Source of the DNA: Batkoa obscura | Taxonomy: Eukaryota | Direction of reading: 5' to 3' | NCBI GenBank assembly: GCA_030770535.1 | Contig: JASVEC010000015.1 | Location: forward strand, 558,001-622,000 | DNA: 64,000 bases | Shown here: positions 25,220 to 38,142 of the stretch, in pieces | Position numbering within the stretch: position 1 is the first letter of the stretch | How the letters are laid out: every line of letters starts with the position of its first letter | Notes under the pieces: generated by a model | The model's input: only the letters and a program-made list of their open reading frames with translations | What the model was told of the DNA's origin: nothing | Database searches by the model: none | Program-made: the position numbers and the translations under genes

Positions 25220-27553
25220 ATTGATATATTTTTATATATTGATGTTGAATTAAAAAGAAAATTAATAACTCAAAGTTCAATGAATTTTATTTATACCTTT
25301 TTTTAAAGCTAGACTAAATCTATTGTTTTGAAGCTTTTTTACTATTTTAACAATATTTTGATTTTATTGAGTTGTTTATTTGATAAGGTTGATAATTTAT
25401 ACTTGAATAAGATAAGATGTTTGAACTGTGGCAACTTTAAGCATTGATATAAACCAATCAAAGTTCAACTTTAAGCCAATTTATCAACATTTAAGTTTAA
25501 TCAACGAATCATTCTTCTTGATTAAAATCTTGGGGGGGAATTGTAGTCCTTGAATCAACCAATAAAAAGTATCAATGCCTTTGTCCAACCCCCTTGAAAG
25601 CAACCAATCACTTCTTGTACTTACTATTAATTCTTGAAAATTAATTCAATTTCCTTAAACCTTAAATGAAATTCTAATAAATAATGCTTTTGATTACTAT
25701 CTTTAGTTAATGTTCTATTTTGTTTCTTACTTAACTGCACCAACCCATAGTTCTTAGTTCCCCTTTTTTAACCTTTCAGCTCATTTTTGGTAATTTCATT
25801 AATATTTTTCTTCAAGTATATTTTTATTTCTCCATTACCTTGACAGAATCTTACTTTGTATATTATATTTTTGTTTTTTTGAATGTTAAATTGAATTCAT
25901 ATTACATTTTTTAATCTTAAAATGAGCTATTAAAATAATCGCATAAGTTTGATTTATAATAATGTTTTATAGCAATTAAATCATTTAAAAATTATATTTT
26001 ATTATGTTATTATACATTAATGTTACTCTATTAGATTCACAAATTTAAACTTGATAATCTGATTGATTTTTCATATTGAATTTAACTAATACTAATAGCT
26101 AATATAATAACTAAAATAATATATCACTTATTTATACAATAGCTGTATATCATTCTATGATATCATCTATTGCTTATCTGGATATAGTTCCTTTTTATTA
26201 TAGAATCCCTTTTAATTAATTGTCAACATGCATTAGTATAAGTATTAGTATTATTGATTTAAATTGTTTATACATTTCACATTAAATAAATTTATAATGA
26301 ATTTAAACAATACTAAAAGTAAACTAAGCTTTAATAAATTCTGGATTTTAATTAACGTTTAGAGTTATTTAATAACCCCTACAAAGTTATATTAGACTAC
26401 TATATTGTTTATATAACTAAAAGCATTAATAGAACATAAAAACATATCACACGATAAATTAAAATTTTACTTTCATATTTAGCAACCAATTGTTTGTGTT
26501 CAAACTTTAGCCCGAGATTTTTATCAGATACCGAAACGTTAATTAATTAGAGTCCAATTAGATATTAATTTAATAAATGAAAGTTTCATTTTTACCAAGT
26601 TACTAATTTATTATATTCTAATTTTGCCGATCCCTTAATAGTATTCTTTTTTTCAAATAAATTTATATACATTAGTCAACCAAAAACCTTTTTCTTTTTC
26701 TTACATTTTAATTTTTATTTCAATATTGTAAATCAACATTATCTAAATTTATATCATTAAATTACAAATTATTCTATTTGATATATTCAATTGTACAAGA
26801 AATACCCTAATTTTTTATTAAAGAATATCTTGAAAAAACCGAGATTCTTAACAGTGGTTGAAGTGTGGGTAAAAAAGTACCTTAAGTTTTTTTTAAACAG
26901 TTCACTGGAATAGCGACATTAAACTTTTTAAGTGTTTTTTCTGGTAAAAAAGGCTTTCTAGTGGGTAGGATTTTGAAACTAGTCAAAGAGTACAGTTTTT
27001 GTAGGTTTATTTAATAGCATATTGTGTTGTACAGGTAATAGTAAGTATAATTAATTCTTAATACTATTCCAAATGTTACTTAGAGTGTTGTTTATTTATT
27101 GATTTTAAATTTACTCAAAAAATTCGCAATTTAGTGGGATTTGCATTAAACTAAATAAGATTCTTCTGTCTTTTAATCTGACTATCTTTTTTGGTAGAAA
27201 ATGTACAAGTATTTTTATAATTCTCACTCATTTAATAGATTATTTATAATTTAATTGAATTTATAAATTGATTTTTTATCTTAACTTCTTAAGTAATATT
27301 TTAAAGTTTTAAATTTTATTCCCACTCAATAAAAAGTAGTTCAAGATATTTGACTGGGTGAAAATTTTTTACAAAAATTTTCAGATTTTAACTAGAAGTT
27401 ACTATAAAAAGTTGACAAATAGTTAAAATCACATTTTACTTAGAAATGACCAATTTCTAGCAAATAACATGAAAATCCTAATGATGTGTCATTAGCTAAT
27501 TTACTTTACCAAGCGTCATTGAAAAAGCATTTGAATTCCAAATGGCTATCTAT

Positions 27554-27603
27554 GATTGGCTCTAGTTGTAAACCAGCTCTAAGCAAACATAAAAGTATAA
27601 AAA
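27554..27603 (+). promoter_or_regulatory. Candidate promoter: inverted CCAAT box and TATA box
   Basis: GATTGGC at 27554 and TATAAAA near 27596, ~160-200 bp upstream of ATG 27756. Confidence 0.4.
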
Positions 27604-27755
27604 GAGAAGGAAAAGAAACTGAAGCTACTAAAACACATCCATCAAAAAACACTAACAAATAATTATTGAGCCACTATCACTCGCTCCACACTTGTAAGTC
27701 CCACACAATATTGCCCCACAAATTTCATCAAATCCAGCGATTTAAACAAAAAAAA

Positions 27756-28675
27756 ATGACAACCGAACAACCCATTAAATCTGAAGTGGAAGTTAAAGAC
27801 GAGTTCCCACATAAAATCTTTGTTGGTAACTTAGTAAACGACCAAAAAGAAGAAGAATTGAATGCTCTTTTTGAACCTTATGGAAAGATGTAAGGGTTCT
27901 TTTATCTCTTTTATTAAATAAGCTTATTTATATTCTTTATTTTAGTGTACAAACTCTTCTTTATTTAAAAAAGAGATCCAACTATGCTTTTATTTCTTTT
28001 GAAACTTTAGAACAAGCTGAAAAAGCTGCTAAAGAAGGTAACGGTAAAGACCTTAATGGTAATTCTATTAAAGTAGAAATTGCTCGTCCAAAAGCTCCAC
28101 GTCGTCGCCCAAAGGCACGTAAACCACGTGCCAAGGGACCACGTAAACCAAAGGCTAAGAAAGAAGGTAGTGAAGAAGAAACCAAAGAAGGTGAAGATAA
28201 ACCTAAAGAAACCAGTAACGGTACTGCTGTCAAAGAAGAAAATAACAGTTCTACTAAAGAAGAAAAGAGTGAAGATACCGATAAAAAGGGTAAAAACTCT
28301 AGTAAAGGACCTCGTCGTGGTAGAGGTGGTTTCAGAGGCCGTGGTCGTGGTGGTCGTGCCCATAAATCAGCTAAACCAACTGGGGAACCTAACCCAACCA
28401 CCTTATTTGTAGCCAACCTTCCATTTTCACTTAGCGATGAAGGACTTCGACAGGTATTTGAGTCCTTTGATGTCGTTTCAGCTCATGTTGTACGCCGTAG
28501 TGCCACTGGTCATAGCAAAGGGTTTGGATTTGTTGAGTTAAAGTCTAATGAAGAACAACAAAGAGTTCTTAGAGAGATTGGAGAAGTTGAAATTAATACT
28601 CGAATTCTTAATATTTCGGTTGCCCACTCTGAACCTTACGTTCCACCTTCAACTGAAGAAGAGAAAAGTGCTTAA
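27756..28675 (+). CDS. RRM-RGG-RRM single-stranded nucleic-acid-binding protein, Sbp1/Tcg1-like (exons 27756-27889, 27946-28675)
   Basis: RNP2 KIFVGNL and RNP1 NYAFISF; charged linker with RRGRGGFRGRGRGGR; second RRM TLFVANLPF...SKGFGFVE. Confidence 0.88.
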
Positions 28676-28950
28676 ATATATGAATATCAATGAAAAATGA
28701 TTTATGACTCTCCATACTTATTGAATTATAACTTTACTTATTTTTTAAATAAAAAATAAATGGAATTTCTTTTAATTGTTATTGTTTATTTAAAGTACTA
28801 TAATTTAATTTTTTATATCAAATTTTAACCTTTTTAATCATCTTCAATTATTTTTAATGCTTGTTAAATAAACTTCGATTTAACTAAGCATTTTATTAAT
28901 AAAAATTTAATTCAAAATCATTGAGATTTTTTTATTTTTTTAAAAAAAAG

Positions 28951-30097
28951 ATGACTAACGAAAAAGCAGCTACAGAAAATATCTCAAAATGTCCAATTGA
29001 TCATACAGATCAAAGTAAACAAGAATGGATGGAATTAATGAAGATAGAAGAATCAAGAAAGAAAAGTAGTAATAAAGAAGAAGTAAAAGAAGGAGAAGTA
29101 AAAAAATGTCCAATAGAACATACTTCCGAAAGTTCACAAAAATGGGTCAATATGTTAAAAAAAGAAGAAAATTTAGAAATATCCTCACCCAAAGACATAC
29201 AAGAATTAAATCCAAGAAATAATATGTATTATTCATCTACTCTCAATCATTCCTCTACTTCTGCTATTTCTAATTTAAAACAAGAACGAGAAATCAGTAG
29301 CATCCCAAAAACGGATACTGAAGAAGGAGAAAGTAATTGGGTTTATCCAAGTGAACAAATGTTTTATAATGCAATGAAAAGAAAGTCTTGGAAGGCTAAT
29401 GAAGAAGATATGAAAGTGATTGTTCCAATTCATAACCTCATCAATGAAAGAGCTTGGAAGTTAGTGATGGAATATGAAAGAAAATATAAAAGGTAAGGTA
29501 TTTCTATTAGTATTTGTTTATTAATAATAGTAATGATATTAAATAATGAATGAATGAAAAGGGGCTATTGAATTAGTTTATTAATATTGAACTTCTAATT
29601 TTCAATTTTTATTAGTGTTTGTGATACACCAAAATTAGATCGATTTGAAGGTAACCCAAATAAAATTAGTCCAAAAGCAAGGGTTATGAGTTGGCTAGGG
29701 TAAGTTAATTAGAAGAATATTTTAATAATATTGAGGATATTTTTTTTGGTTTCATTACTTTTCTATTTTTTAAGAGTTATTCAAGTGAAAAGATTGTTAG
29801 TGAAATTCTCAAACAAAAAATACATTCTTATATATATTAGTTATTTACATAAAATATATAATATTTATTTTATTTAGTTATAGTCTTCCTTTCGATCGTC
29901 ACGATTGGTATGTCAATAGATGTGGTAAAGAAGTTCATTATGTCATTGATTTTTATAGTGGAAAAAAACAAGAGAATAGTAGCAATAATAATAATAAGGA
30001 CAGTAGGAGTGAATTACCTTCATTTTATATCGATGCACGACCAGCATTAGATTCATTTAATAATTTAAAAGATAGAGTATTAAATTGGTTATTTTAA
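28951..30097 (+). CDS. Holocytochrome c/c1 synthase (cytochrome c heme lyase) (exons 28951-29492, 29616-29699, 29878-30097)
   Basis: Two CPxxH heme-regulatory motifs, [42 protein letters not shown]...RCG...YVIDFY, DARPALD; CYC3 vs CYT2 not resolved. Confidence 0.95.
29733..29829 (+). mobile_element. MITE family A copy inside heme lyase intron 2
   Basis: gaggatat...acattctt with family core, between donor 29700 and acceptor 29877. Confidence 0.85.
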
Positions 30098-30181
30098 AAA
30101 AGATTTTAATATTAAAAATAAAATAATATCAATTCTATTTAATATTTAATTAATTATAGCTTAACATTTATTTATTTTTAA

Positions 30182-31354
30182 TTAATTTGGTAATGGTACT
30201 AACTCATTTTGAAATAAACTTGGATCACTATTACTTAAACTATTGTTAGTATTATAATAAACTAATGGGTTGGAATACCATGGAAAATAAAACTGATAAG
30301 AAAACACGCTACAGATTATACCTATAAATAGAAATAAAATAAATAGAAATAAAATAAATAGAAATATAATAATAATATAATAATAATATAATAATCTCTA
30401 TTTTAACTTACCCATAATCATACCAAATAAAATATCTGTAAAATGATGACGATAATCAGTTACTCTTGATATCATTATAAAACTAGCTGTTAAAATAGGT
30501 AATAAACAAGGATATAATTTATAAACTTTGTTATAAGTTTGTTGTTGATTATTATTAAATAGCAATTTGTATAAATAAATGGATAAATAAAATAAACCTG
30601 AAAAAGAAGCTGAATAAAAAAGAATAAAAATAAAAATCAATAATTAAATTAATTGAATTAATATAAAAACTTACTTGATGTATGTCCTGAATAAAAACTC
30701 TGCATACCTGCTCTTAATAGTTTTAGATTGCTTTGTTGACATATTGATATTGTATATAATGTTAATAAAGTTTGTTCTTTAATTAATTCTAAATTAGGAT
30801 CACATCGAGATAAAAAATCAGGTCTTAATCGACTAGCTAAATTCTATAGAAAAGTAAAAAGTTGGAATGAGTTAGTACTAGATAGTAAAAAGAAGATAAA
30901 CTTACTTTAATTACATGTGTAATTAAATAGTTAACAGAGATTGATAAAAATAAACCTAATAATTTATTTGGTTATATTATTTTTTAATATAAGATATTAT
31001 TATTATTATTATTATTATTCTATTTACCTAAACAACCTAAATGGATATAATTCCAATCTTTTTTAATTAAACGAGTAGTTATTATTATTATTAATGGAAA
31101 TAATAAAGAAGTTAACTAAATAAAATGAGCATAAATAAAGATATTTTAATTTATTAACTTACCCACAACCATAAATTAGATACTGTTTCTTGTTGTGTCA
31201 TCGGATATTTTATATTATTATCATTAATATTGAATACTTGTTGTAAATTAGGAGAATAAAAAATATCAAAGATTTTAGCGATTATTATAAATAAACCACA
31301 TAAAAACCAATCTAATAAATAATAAAAATATTGTTTTTGAAATTGAAATTTCAT
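30182..31354 (-). CDS. PAP2-family lipid phosphate phosphatase (DPP1/LPP1-like), multi-exon
   Basis: Exon fragments give K.LASRLRPDFLSRC (C1), QSFYSGHTS (C2), SRVTDYRHHFTDI (C3); several short GT..AG introns; stop at 30182-30184. Confidence 0.9.
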
Positions 31355-31792
31355 AATTAAATTGATATAAGAAATGAAGAAATAGAATTCAAGTGATTTG
31401 TTTTTTCAGTGATCTTGATTAGGAAATTAATTGCAAAAGTTTAAAGTTCAATTTTAATTTTATTAAATAATAAATAATAATACTTCATATACTATATAAT
31501 CTTTAATTTTATTTAATTTGATGAAAATAAAATAAAAATAAAATAAAAATAAAAACAAAGGTAAATTAAATAAAAATATATTTTTTATTAATCATTTATG
31601 ACTTTATATTCAACATTCCCAAAGACAATATTAATAAATGAAATCCATCAATTGAATATTGAATTCTAAAATTAAAACTATTATTTTCCTTTTAACATAA
31701 TATAATATCAATAATTATTCTAACTTATCAAATTCTTATTATTTAACTATTAATTAATATTTATTCTATCCTCATCATTAATACTATTATAT

Positions 31793-31888
31793 GGGGATGT
31801 ATTTTTTTGCTTAAGGATTTTACTAATAACTTTTCTACTCAAATAGTGCTTAAAAATGGAAAAGTAATGAAACTGAAAAAACATCCCC
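31793..31888 (-). mobile_element. MITE family A copy
   Basis: ggggatgt...acatcccc; atat/atat TSD; ~30 bp beyond the GT32 stop. Confidence 0.92.
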
Positions 31889-31917
31889 ATATCTTTTTAC
31901 TGTAACTTAAAAATTAA

Positions 31918-32866
31918 CTACTCTTTTGTATAAATTAGGCTGTTTTTCTTCTTCCAAGAACCTGAAAATAAATGTAAAACTTTACCAGGATAATGAATAT
32001 AATGCCCTTTATAATCTGAACAAAATCCAGTTAAAGGAAGAACATAAACCCCATTGATTAATCTAGGACTTAAAATATTTAATTCTCTTTTATCCCTTAC
32101 ATTCAAATATTCTAATACTGCATCTGACCAAATACCAGGTCCAGTCCAATTCATAATATCACAATAAGTCCATGTTTGTTTTTTTAACATAATTGAAGTC
32201 ATTTTTTGAACCTTATTGATTACTGATAATAAAATTGGATGTCCTTTACAACTGGCTATAGTCCATTGAATAAATTGTACATCTCTACCGAAACCTTGTT
32301 GATTACATTTATAATATTTATTAGGTCGATAATTTTCTAGCCCAACGATCATTTCAATTCCTTGATTATTATCATTCCATAAATCAATACTTTGCTTACA
32401 TATTGTATCTGAGTCTGTATAAATACCACCATTTAAATATAATTGAATATATCGAAAATAATCTGCTTTTAATATTTTTAACGGCAAAGAATTAAATGCT
32501 TCATAAATTTCTTTAGACATATGTTGCTTAACTATATCATCGACTTTATTGTCTTCATAGACCGTAAAATTATAACCTGGATTTTTAATAGTCCAACTAC
32601 TTTGCACTTTTTCTGATATTACTGTACTTGGTTTTTTGATTGTAAATATAACTTTTGGGATTTCTTTAGTTCCTAAGATTTTTCTCTCTATTATTATTAT
32701 TATTATTAAATATTAAATAAATAAAAAACAACTTACTTAAATTACCAATATTTTCTGGACGAATATCTAAATAAATCCCTAATTCTAATAAAAATAAGAA
32801 TAATAAAAAACCAAACAATAATAATTCAATGTTTTTAGAATTCAAAATCCTTTTTATATATCTCAT
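31918..32866 (-). CDS. Glycosyltransferase family 32, Och1/Hoc1-like mannosyltransferase (exons 32866-32737, 32687-31918)
   Basis: Signal-anchor exon 1; phase-1 GTAAGT..TAG intron at the same position as in the 11126 copy; DSD, QFIQWTIA, NWTGPGIWSDAV, HLFSGSWK. Confidence 0.92.
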
Positions 32867-34500
32867 GTTATTGTCTGTTATAAACTTTTGAAGTGAGCTA
32901 ATAAAGCTATCTAATTAAAAAGATAAATCATTAAATATTAATTCTTTTAATTACAAGAAAATCCAATAACCCGAATATTTATATTTGAAGAACATTATTA
33001 AAGATTTATTATTAGAACAAGCCAATCAAAGATAAGCCTTAAATTCTTTTTTTATTAACCAGTGAACTCAAGTTTTTACAGTTATTGCAATTCTATTACA
33101 ATTTAAATGATTATTTGTTATAAAATTTAACTAAAACTTATTAAATTAAAAAAACAAAAAAAAATAAAAAAATAAAATAAAAAAATAAAATAAAAAAATA
33201 AATAAAATAAAGCTTACATAAAGTACTATGAAATTAATAATTTCATTAAATAAGGCTACATATAAAAAGCATAATGATACTTACTTTTTATGATAATTGC
33301 CAAATATAAGAATAATGTTTTTTGCAATTAAGTAATAGAAATTTTAGTAAATTTAAACAAACTTTAAATGAATTACAAAGCTGGTAAAACAATGCTTCAT
33401 AATTTAAGTATAGTTAAAAGCTGTATAGACTTTTTTAATACTTAGCTATTTATTACATCTTTTAAAATGATTATAATTAGTTTTTTAATTAAAAAAAATT
33501 AGATATTTGATATAGGCTATAAAAGCCAGCTTAAATAAACTGAATAAGTTTCTTCTACATTAATACCTTACATACCTTGGTAATGTAAAAAAAATTATAG
33601 CAAATATATTAAAAATTAATAAATATATGTAACACTGATAAATACAATATGAAAAACTAAGATCAAATTGTTATTTGATTTGGTTTTTAAGAACAACACT
33701 TAATTATCAGTATATATGTTTAGCTCAAATAATAGTTAAAACTCACTTAAAATTCTTATTTGGTTTGGTAGGATTATCTAAATGGACAATCAAGATTATT
33801 AAAAAAAAGTGTTAATAAACCAACTGATTAGTAGGATTTTGATAGTTTTTGAATTGAATATCTTTAACAGATATCATATTCTATTATGTTTAATAAAATC
33901 TCAAATTGTTCTAATAAAGTTTATAAAAATAAAAAGTAAGATATCTGATACTGTCTTTTATAAAAACATAGCTTTAAGAAGAAGAAGAAATTAATTATAG
34001 AAATAACAGTAATAAATTTAGTGTTTAAATTGAGAACGTGTGTTAAACTCTTCTTCATTTTATTATTTTGCGAACTGTGGTTATTTGAAATTGTTTATAA
34101 ACTATAACAAAGTTTAATATGTCTGATGGATAGGTGATAATGAACATTTTGGTATAGATAGTTCTCCCGTTTATTGATAACTAGGATAATTCACTTTTTA
34201 TAATAATAAAAATTCCAAAAGTACTAAAGTGCTCATGTGCTTTAATGACAATAATGAAGTCAATCAGAATAAGAAATAAGGTATGTAAACTTTTGAACTT
34301 AACACTATATTTTATATAGATTATCAATACTGAAAAGTATTGAATAAAGTGAACTAAACTAAATCTAAGATTAAGGTTTAACGAAAAAAAGAAAGTCTAG
34401 AGCAATAATTTTTAATGCAACTATTGCAGAAAAATAGCATCTTTGGAATTATAGAACTTGTGTTTCCCTTTATTAAAAGTCGCTGTGTTCATGAAGATAT

Positions 34501-34599
34501 GGGGATGTTTTTTTTGATTTGATTACTTTTTCCATTTTTTAAGCGCTACTTGAGCGGGAAGATTGTTGCTAAAATTCTTAAATAAAAAAATACATCTCC
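34501..34599 (+). mobile_element. MITE family A copy
   Basis: ggggatgt...acatctcc; atat/atat TSD. Confidence 0.92.
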
Positions 34600-34819
34600 A
34601 TATTTCGAATTCTTGATATCGTACTCACTTCAGTTGAGTAATATAACCTATATCAAGTTAATGAGCAAACGAATGTAAAGTTAGGGTAGGAGCAATAAAA
34701 AATGTGTTTTCATAGTATTACTACTAAAGTATCCTTTATTGAAATCTCATAGTAACAAAATCTATATTAAATTTTAAATTACTTTACAATAATTGACAGA
34801 TAATTATGATTTACTTAGT

Positions 34820-35770
34820 TAATAGATTTAGATCACATACTGTAATAGTCATGCCAGCAGTTGTTGTGATATTACTAATTAGCTCAATAATTTCAGAATA
34901 CCGAATGAAGCAAGGATTAAAAGACTAATTGATGGGAAGTGAGGAGTTACATCGGGCTAACCAAATATATAAAAGAGAAGCACAAATTGAAGTAGAAAAA
35001 ATAGAAAAAATAAATACTAAGTCAAAAAAGAAATTGATAGATCGGGGTATAAAAATGCCAAAGTTAATATGTATAACTTCTACAGGTCTAAATGATACTA
35101 AAGCGATATTTCAATCTCTTGGAGGATAAGTAATCTTTTTTATAAAGTAAAGATATACAGTGATGGTGAAATAGATAATATTATTTATACAAACGTGCCT
35201 GAAGATATTTGTAAAGCTTTCAGATCTCTCTCTATGTATGTACTTAAAACTTATTACTTTATATATATTGGGTTATGAGTATATGATGGCACTTGTACTG
35301 ATATTAACACATTGTGTATTATACCAGTTGGCACACAGAATGATAGAATATCAGATGTAAATATGATCATCTCAATTAAGACATATAATATATATCTTAA
35401 CTTGAGATTCCAGAAACATAACGATCATGTGAGAGGAACCCAATCTATCTAATTGACATTTTCATCTATTAAACGACATTCAGTTCTATGGGATATCATT
35501 AATCAAATCAAAGATATTTAACAATGAATCTGAAAAGAGATCAAGGTGGTTATGATTTGTTAGATTGGATAGGTCCTGGTATTCGGCTGAACACTGCCCC
35601 TAACTGCCTTTATAATGGATGTTAAAAAGTTTGATACACAAAGGCTATTTTTTTTATTAAAATATATATTTTATCAACTGTTAGATTTAAAGGAGATAAA
35701 GATTATAATGGTGAAGCCAAAGTTAAACATTTTTGGGCAGCTGGAAAAATAAAATTAATAAACTGAGCTA
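34820..35770 (+). pseudogene. GT32/Och1-like pseudogene, closest to the 37138-38142 copy
   Basis: Remnants MPKLICITS, DGEIDNIIYTNVPEDICKAFRSL, HSVLWDIINQIK, LDWIGPGI, KVKHF.GSWKNKI across frameshifts and stops; boundaries approximate. Confidence 0.85.
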
Positions 35771-37137
35771 AATTAAATACTATATTAACCTGGTATTAAA
35801 TATCCCTTTAGTCATTTGTAATTAATTTAATTTTTATAATCAGTTTTTTGTTAATTTGTTTTATAACAACTTGTTTTTTGTGTTAATTTATTTTTGATTT
35901 GTATAAATTTAGTGTTACTTTTTGTTTTAGTTTAGCTCAAGGAATAAGTTCAGTTCTTAAATTTTAAAATTGGGAATGAATTCTAATACTATAACCAGAA
36001 AGCTTCATTAAAGTAGTAGATTTACTCTATATTATTTATAATCCTCTCTATCTTTTACATCTTAAGTTATCTGAAACTTCATTTAAAACATCTTGCATTC
36101 ATACAATTCCCTTAAACATTAACTTTAGTATACAAAGTTTCATGTTAAAGTTGAATTTTTTTGAACAATAATTAAAAGATAAAAAATTCTATTATATAAT
36201 TTATTTAAATTATAAGAAATAAAAAAGAGCAAATCATGATTAAACTACCACCTCTTTTTCAAATTCTAAAGCCTTGTAAAGGTATTATTGGTGTGAGTTA
36301 TTAGGACTGTGAGGCTTCCAATTTGCTTACAGTGAATTTTAATAAATAAATTATAAAGTTATATTATTAAATAAGATAAAAATAACAAGTAAATGATATG
36401 AAATAAAGCCCATCAATCAAATAAGACATTTATGTTTATAGTTCTACGGTAGGTATTATTATATTTGAAGGCTTTGTATGGATAAGTTTAAAAGAGCTAA
36501 AATCAAGAATAAGATTTTCCAATTTCACTTTTTCAAATCATTTTCTAACCTAAAATTTGGAAAAATATCAAATAGACAACTGGACAAAAAAACATTCGCA
36601 TATAATTTATGTAATTAATCTCAAAAGAGCAAAAAAGTAACTATTTTATAGCACTTAGTGTTTAATTTGCAATTTTTACTAAAAATCAAAAATTAGACAG
36701 AGTTTGAATCAAGTCTTTAAACTAACCTGTACATCCTTTATAAAAAAAGACTCTTGATTAAAACCTTCAAACTGGTATTATTATGATCTGAAGGTTAGTT
36801 AAAATAAAATATAATCTTAAAATTATGATGTAACTATTGTAGATTGTAGATAAAAAGGTTGATAACATAACGAACAATTTGAAATAAAGATTCAAGGAGG
36901 AACTCATTAAAAGCTTAAAATGCAACTATGTATAAATATTAAATAAAGTAAATTGAAATATTATTTAATAATTTGTTTAATATTATTATGAGCTTATGAA
37001 ACCATTAGTTCCTTAATTCCAAAAAAAAATATCCAATCGAGTGGTGTAAATGATAAAGATAAAGAAACAATGTATTTAAAAGGGTGATAACAAACAAGTT
37101 TACCTAATAATGAGAGTGGTGCTAATTTTTAATCAGT

Positions 37138-38142
37138 TTAAGCCTTATTTAATTTAGCGATCTTATTTTTCCAACTTCCCCAGAAGAGATGTTGTACCTT
37201 AGACTCATAATTGTACTCATCAACAGCTTCAAATCCTCTCTTTGGTAAAATATAAACATCTTTATGTAAAAATGGTTTTTGAATATCAAATCTTTTAACA
37301 TCCGATATGTTGAGGTAAGAATATACTGTATCGGACCAAATACCTGGACCTGTCCAATCTAATACATCACAATCAATTCTCTTTTCTTTTTTAAGCATTG
37401 ATGGAGTAACTTCTTTAATACGGTTAATAACATCCAATAATATTGGGTGCCTTGGTGTTGCAGCAATAGTCCATTGGATAAATTGTATACCTCTGGCAAA
37501 CTCATTGGGGTTTTTACATCTAAAGTTAAGGTCACCATTGTAAAATTCCATACCAACAATCATTTTTACACCTGCTAAGTTATCATTCCATGTATCAATT
37601 GGTCTAACGCATTTGGTATCAGTGTCACTATAAACACCACCATAAAGGTATAAAACAATATATCTAAAATAGTCAGCTTTAAGCACCGGCATTGGGAGAG
37701 CTTTAAAGGCTTCATAAACATCATCAGGCATATTAGTACGAACAATATTATCAATTTCATTATCATCATAAATGTTATACTCATAAAAAGGATTAGCTGT
37801 CATCCAAGACTTTTTGATTTCCTTCTTCACACTATCTTTACTCTTAGCTGTCATATAGATTTTTTTTGGTATGATTGATTCACCAGTTTTTGGTTTAGCT
37901 TCAGCTATAGGGGCCTCTACATCTGATTCGGAGCTAGCTCCAACTTTAGGATATTCTGGGCCTACTTCTGGATTTTCTTCATTTGAAAAATTCTTTACAG
38001 GATTTTGTAGCACACTATTTCCTTGCTCGGGGGCTGGACACCTTACTTGTCCACCAGAAAGAATCAAAGTTACCAATATAACGGTTGCAATAACAATGAC
38101 GATTATTGCTTTTGGGGACCTCAATCCATTTGCGCTTATCAT
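37138..38142 (-). CDS. Glycosyltransferase family 32, Och1/Hoc1-like mannosyltransferase with long stem region
   Basis: 334 aa; TM anchor, IPKKIYMT, ADYFRYIVLYLYGGVYSDTD, QFIQWTIA, DWTGPGIWSD, HLFWGSWK. Confidence 0.93.
   Translation of the reverse strand: MISANGLRSPKAIIVIVIATVILVTLILSGGQVRCPAPEQGNSVLQNPVKNFSNEENPEVGPEYPKVGASSESDVEAPIAEAKPKTGESIIPKKIYMTAKSKDSVKKEIKKSWMTANPFYEYNIYDDNEIDNIVRTNMPDDVYEAFKALPMPVLKADYFRYIVLYLYGGVYSDTDTKCVRPIDTWNDNLAGVKMIVGMEFYNGDLNFRCKNPNEFARGIQFIQWTIAATPRHPILLDVINRIKEVTPSMLKKEKRIDCDVLDWTGPGIWSDTVYSYLNISDVKRFDIQKPFLHKDVYILPKRGFEAVDEYNYESKVQHLFWGSWKNKIAKLNKA

Noticed and set aside
27982..28416. Overlapping ORFs 27982-28416(-), 28007-28363(-), 28080-28412(+)
   Set aside because: Antisense or off-frame shadows of the low-complexity linker of the RRM gene
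30675..30705. SFYSGH instead of SFPSGH in the PAP2 C2 motif as an inactivating change
   Set aside because: SFYSGH occurs in active animal lipid phosphate phosphatases, and the catalytic residues are intact
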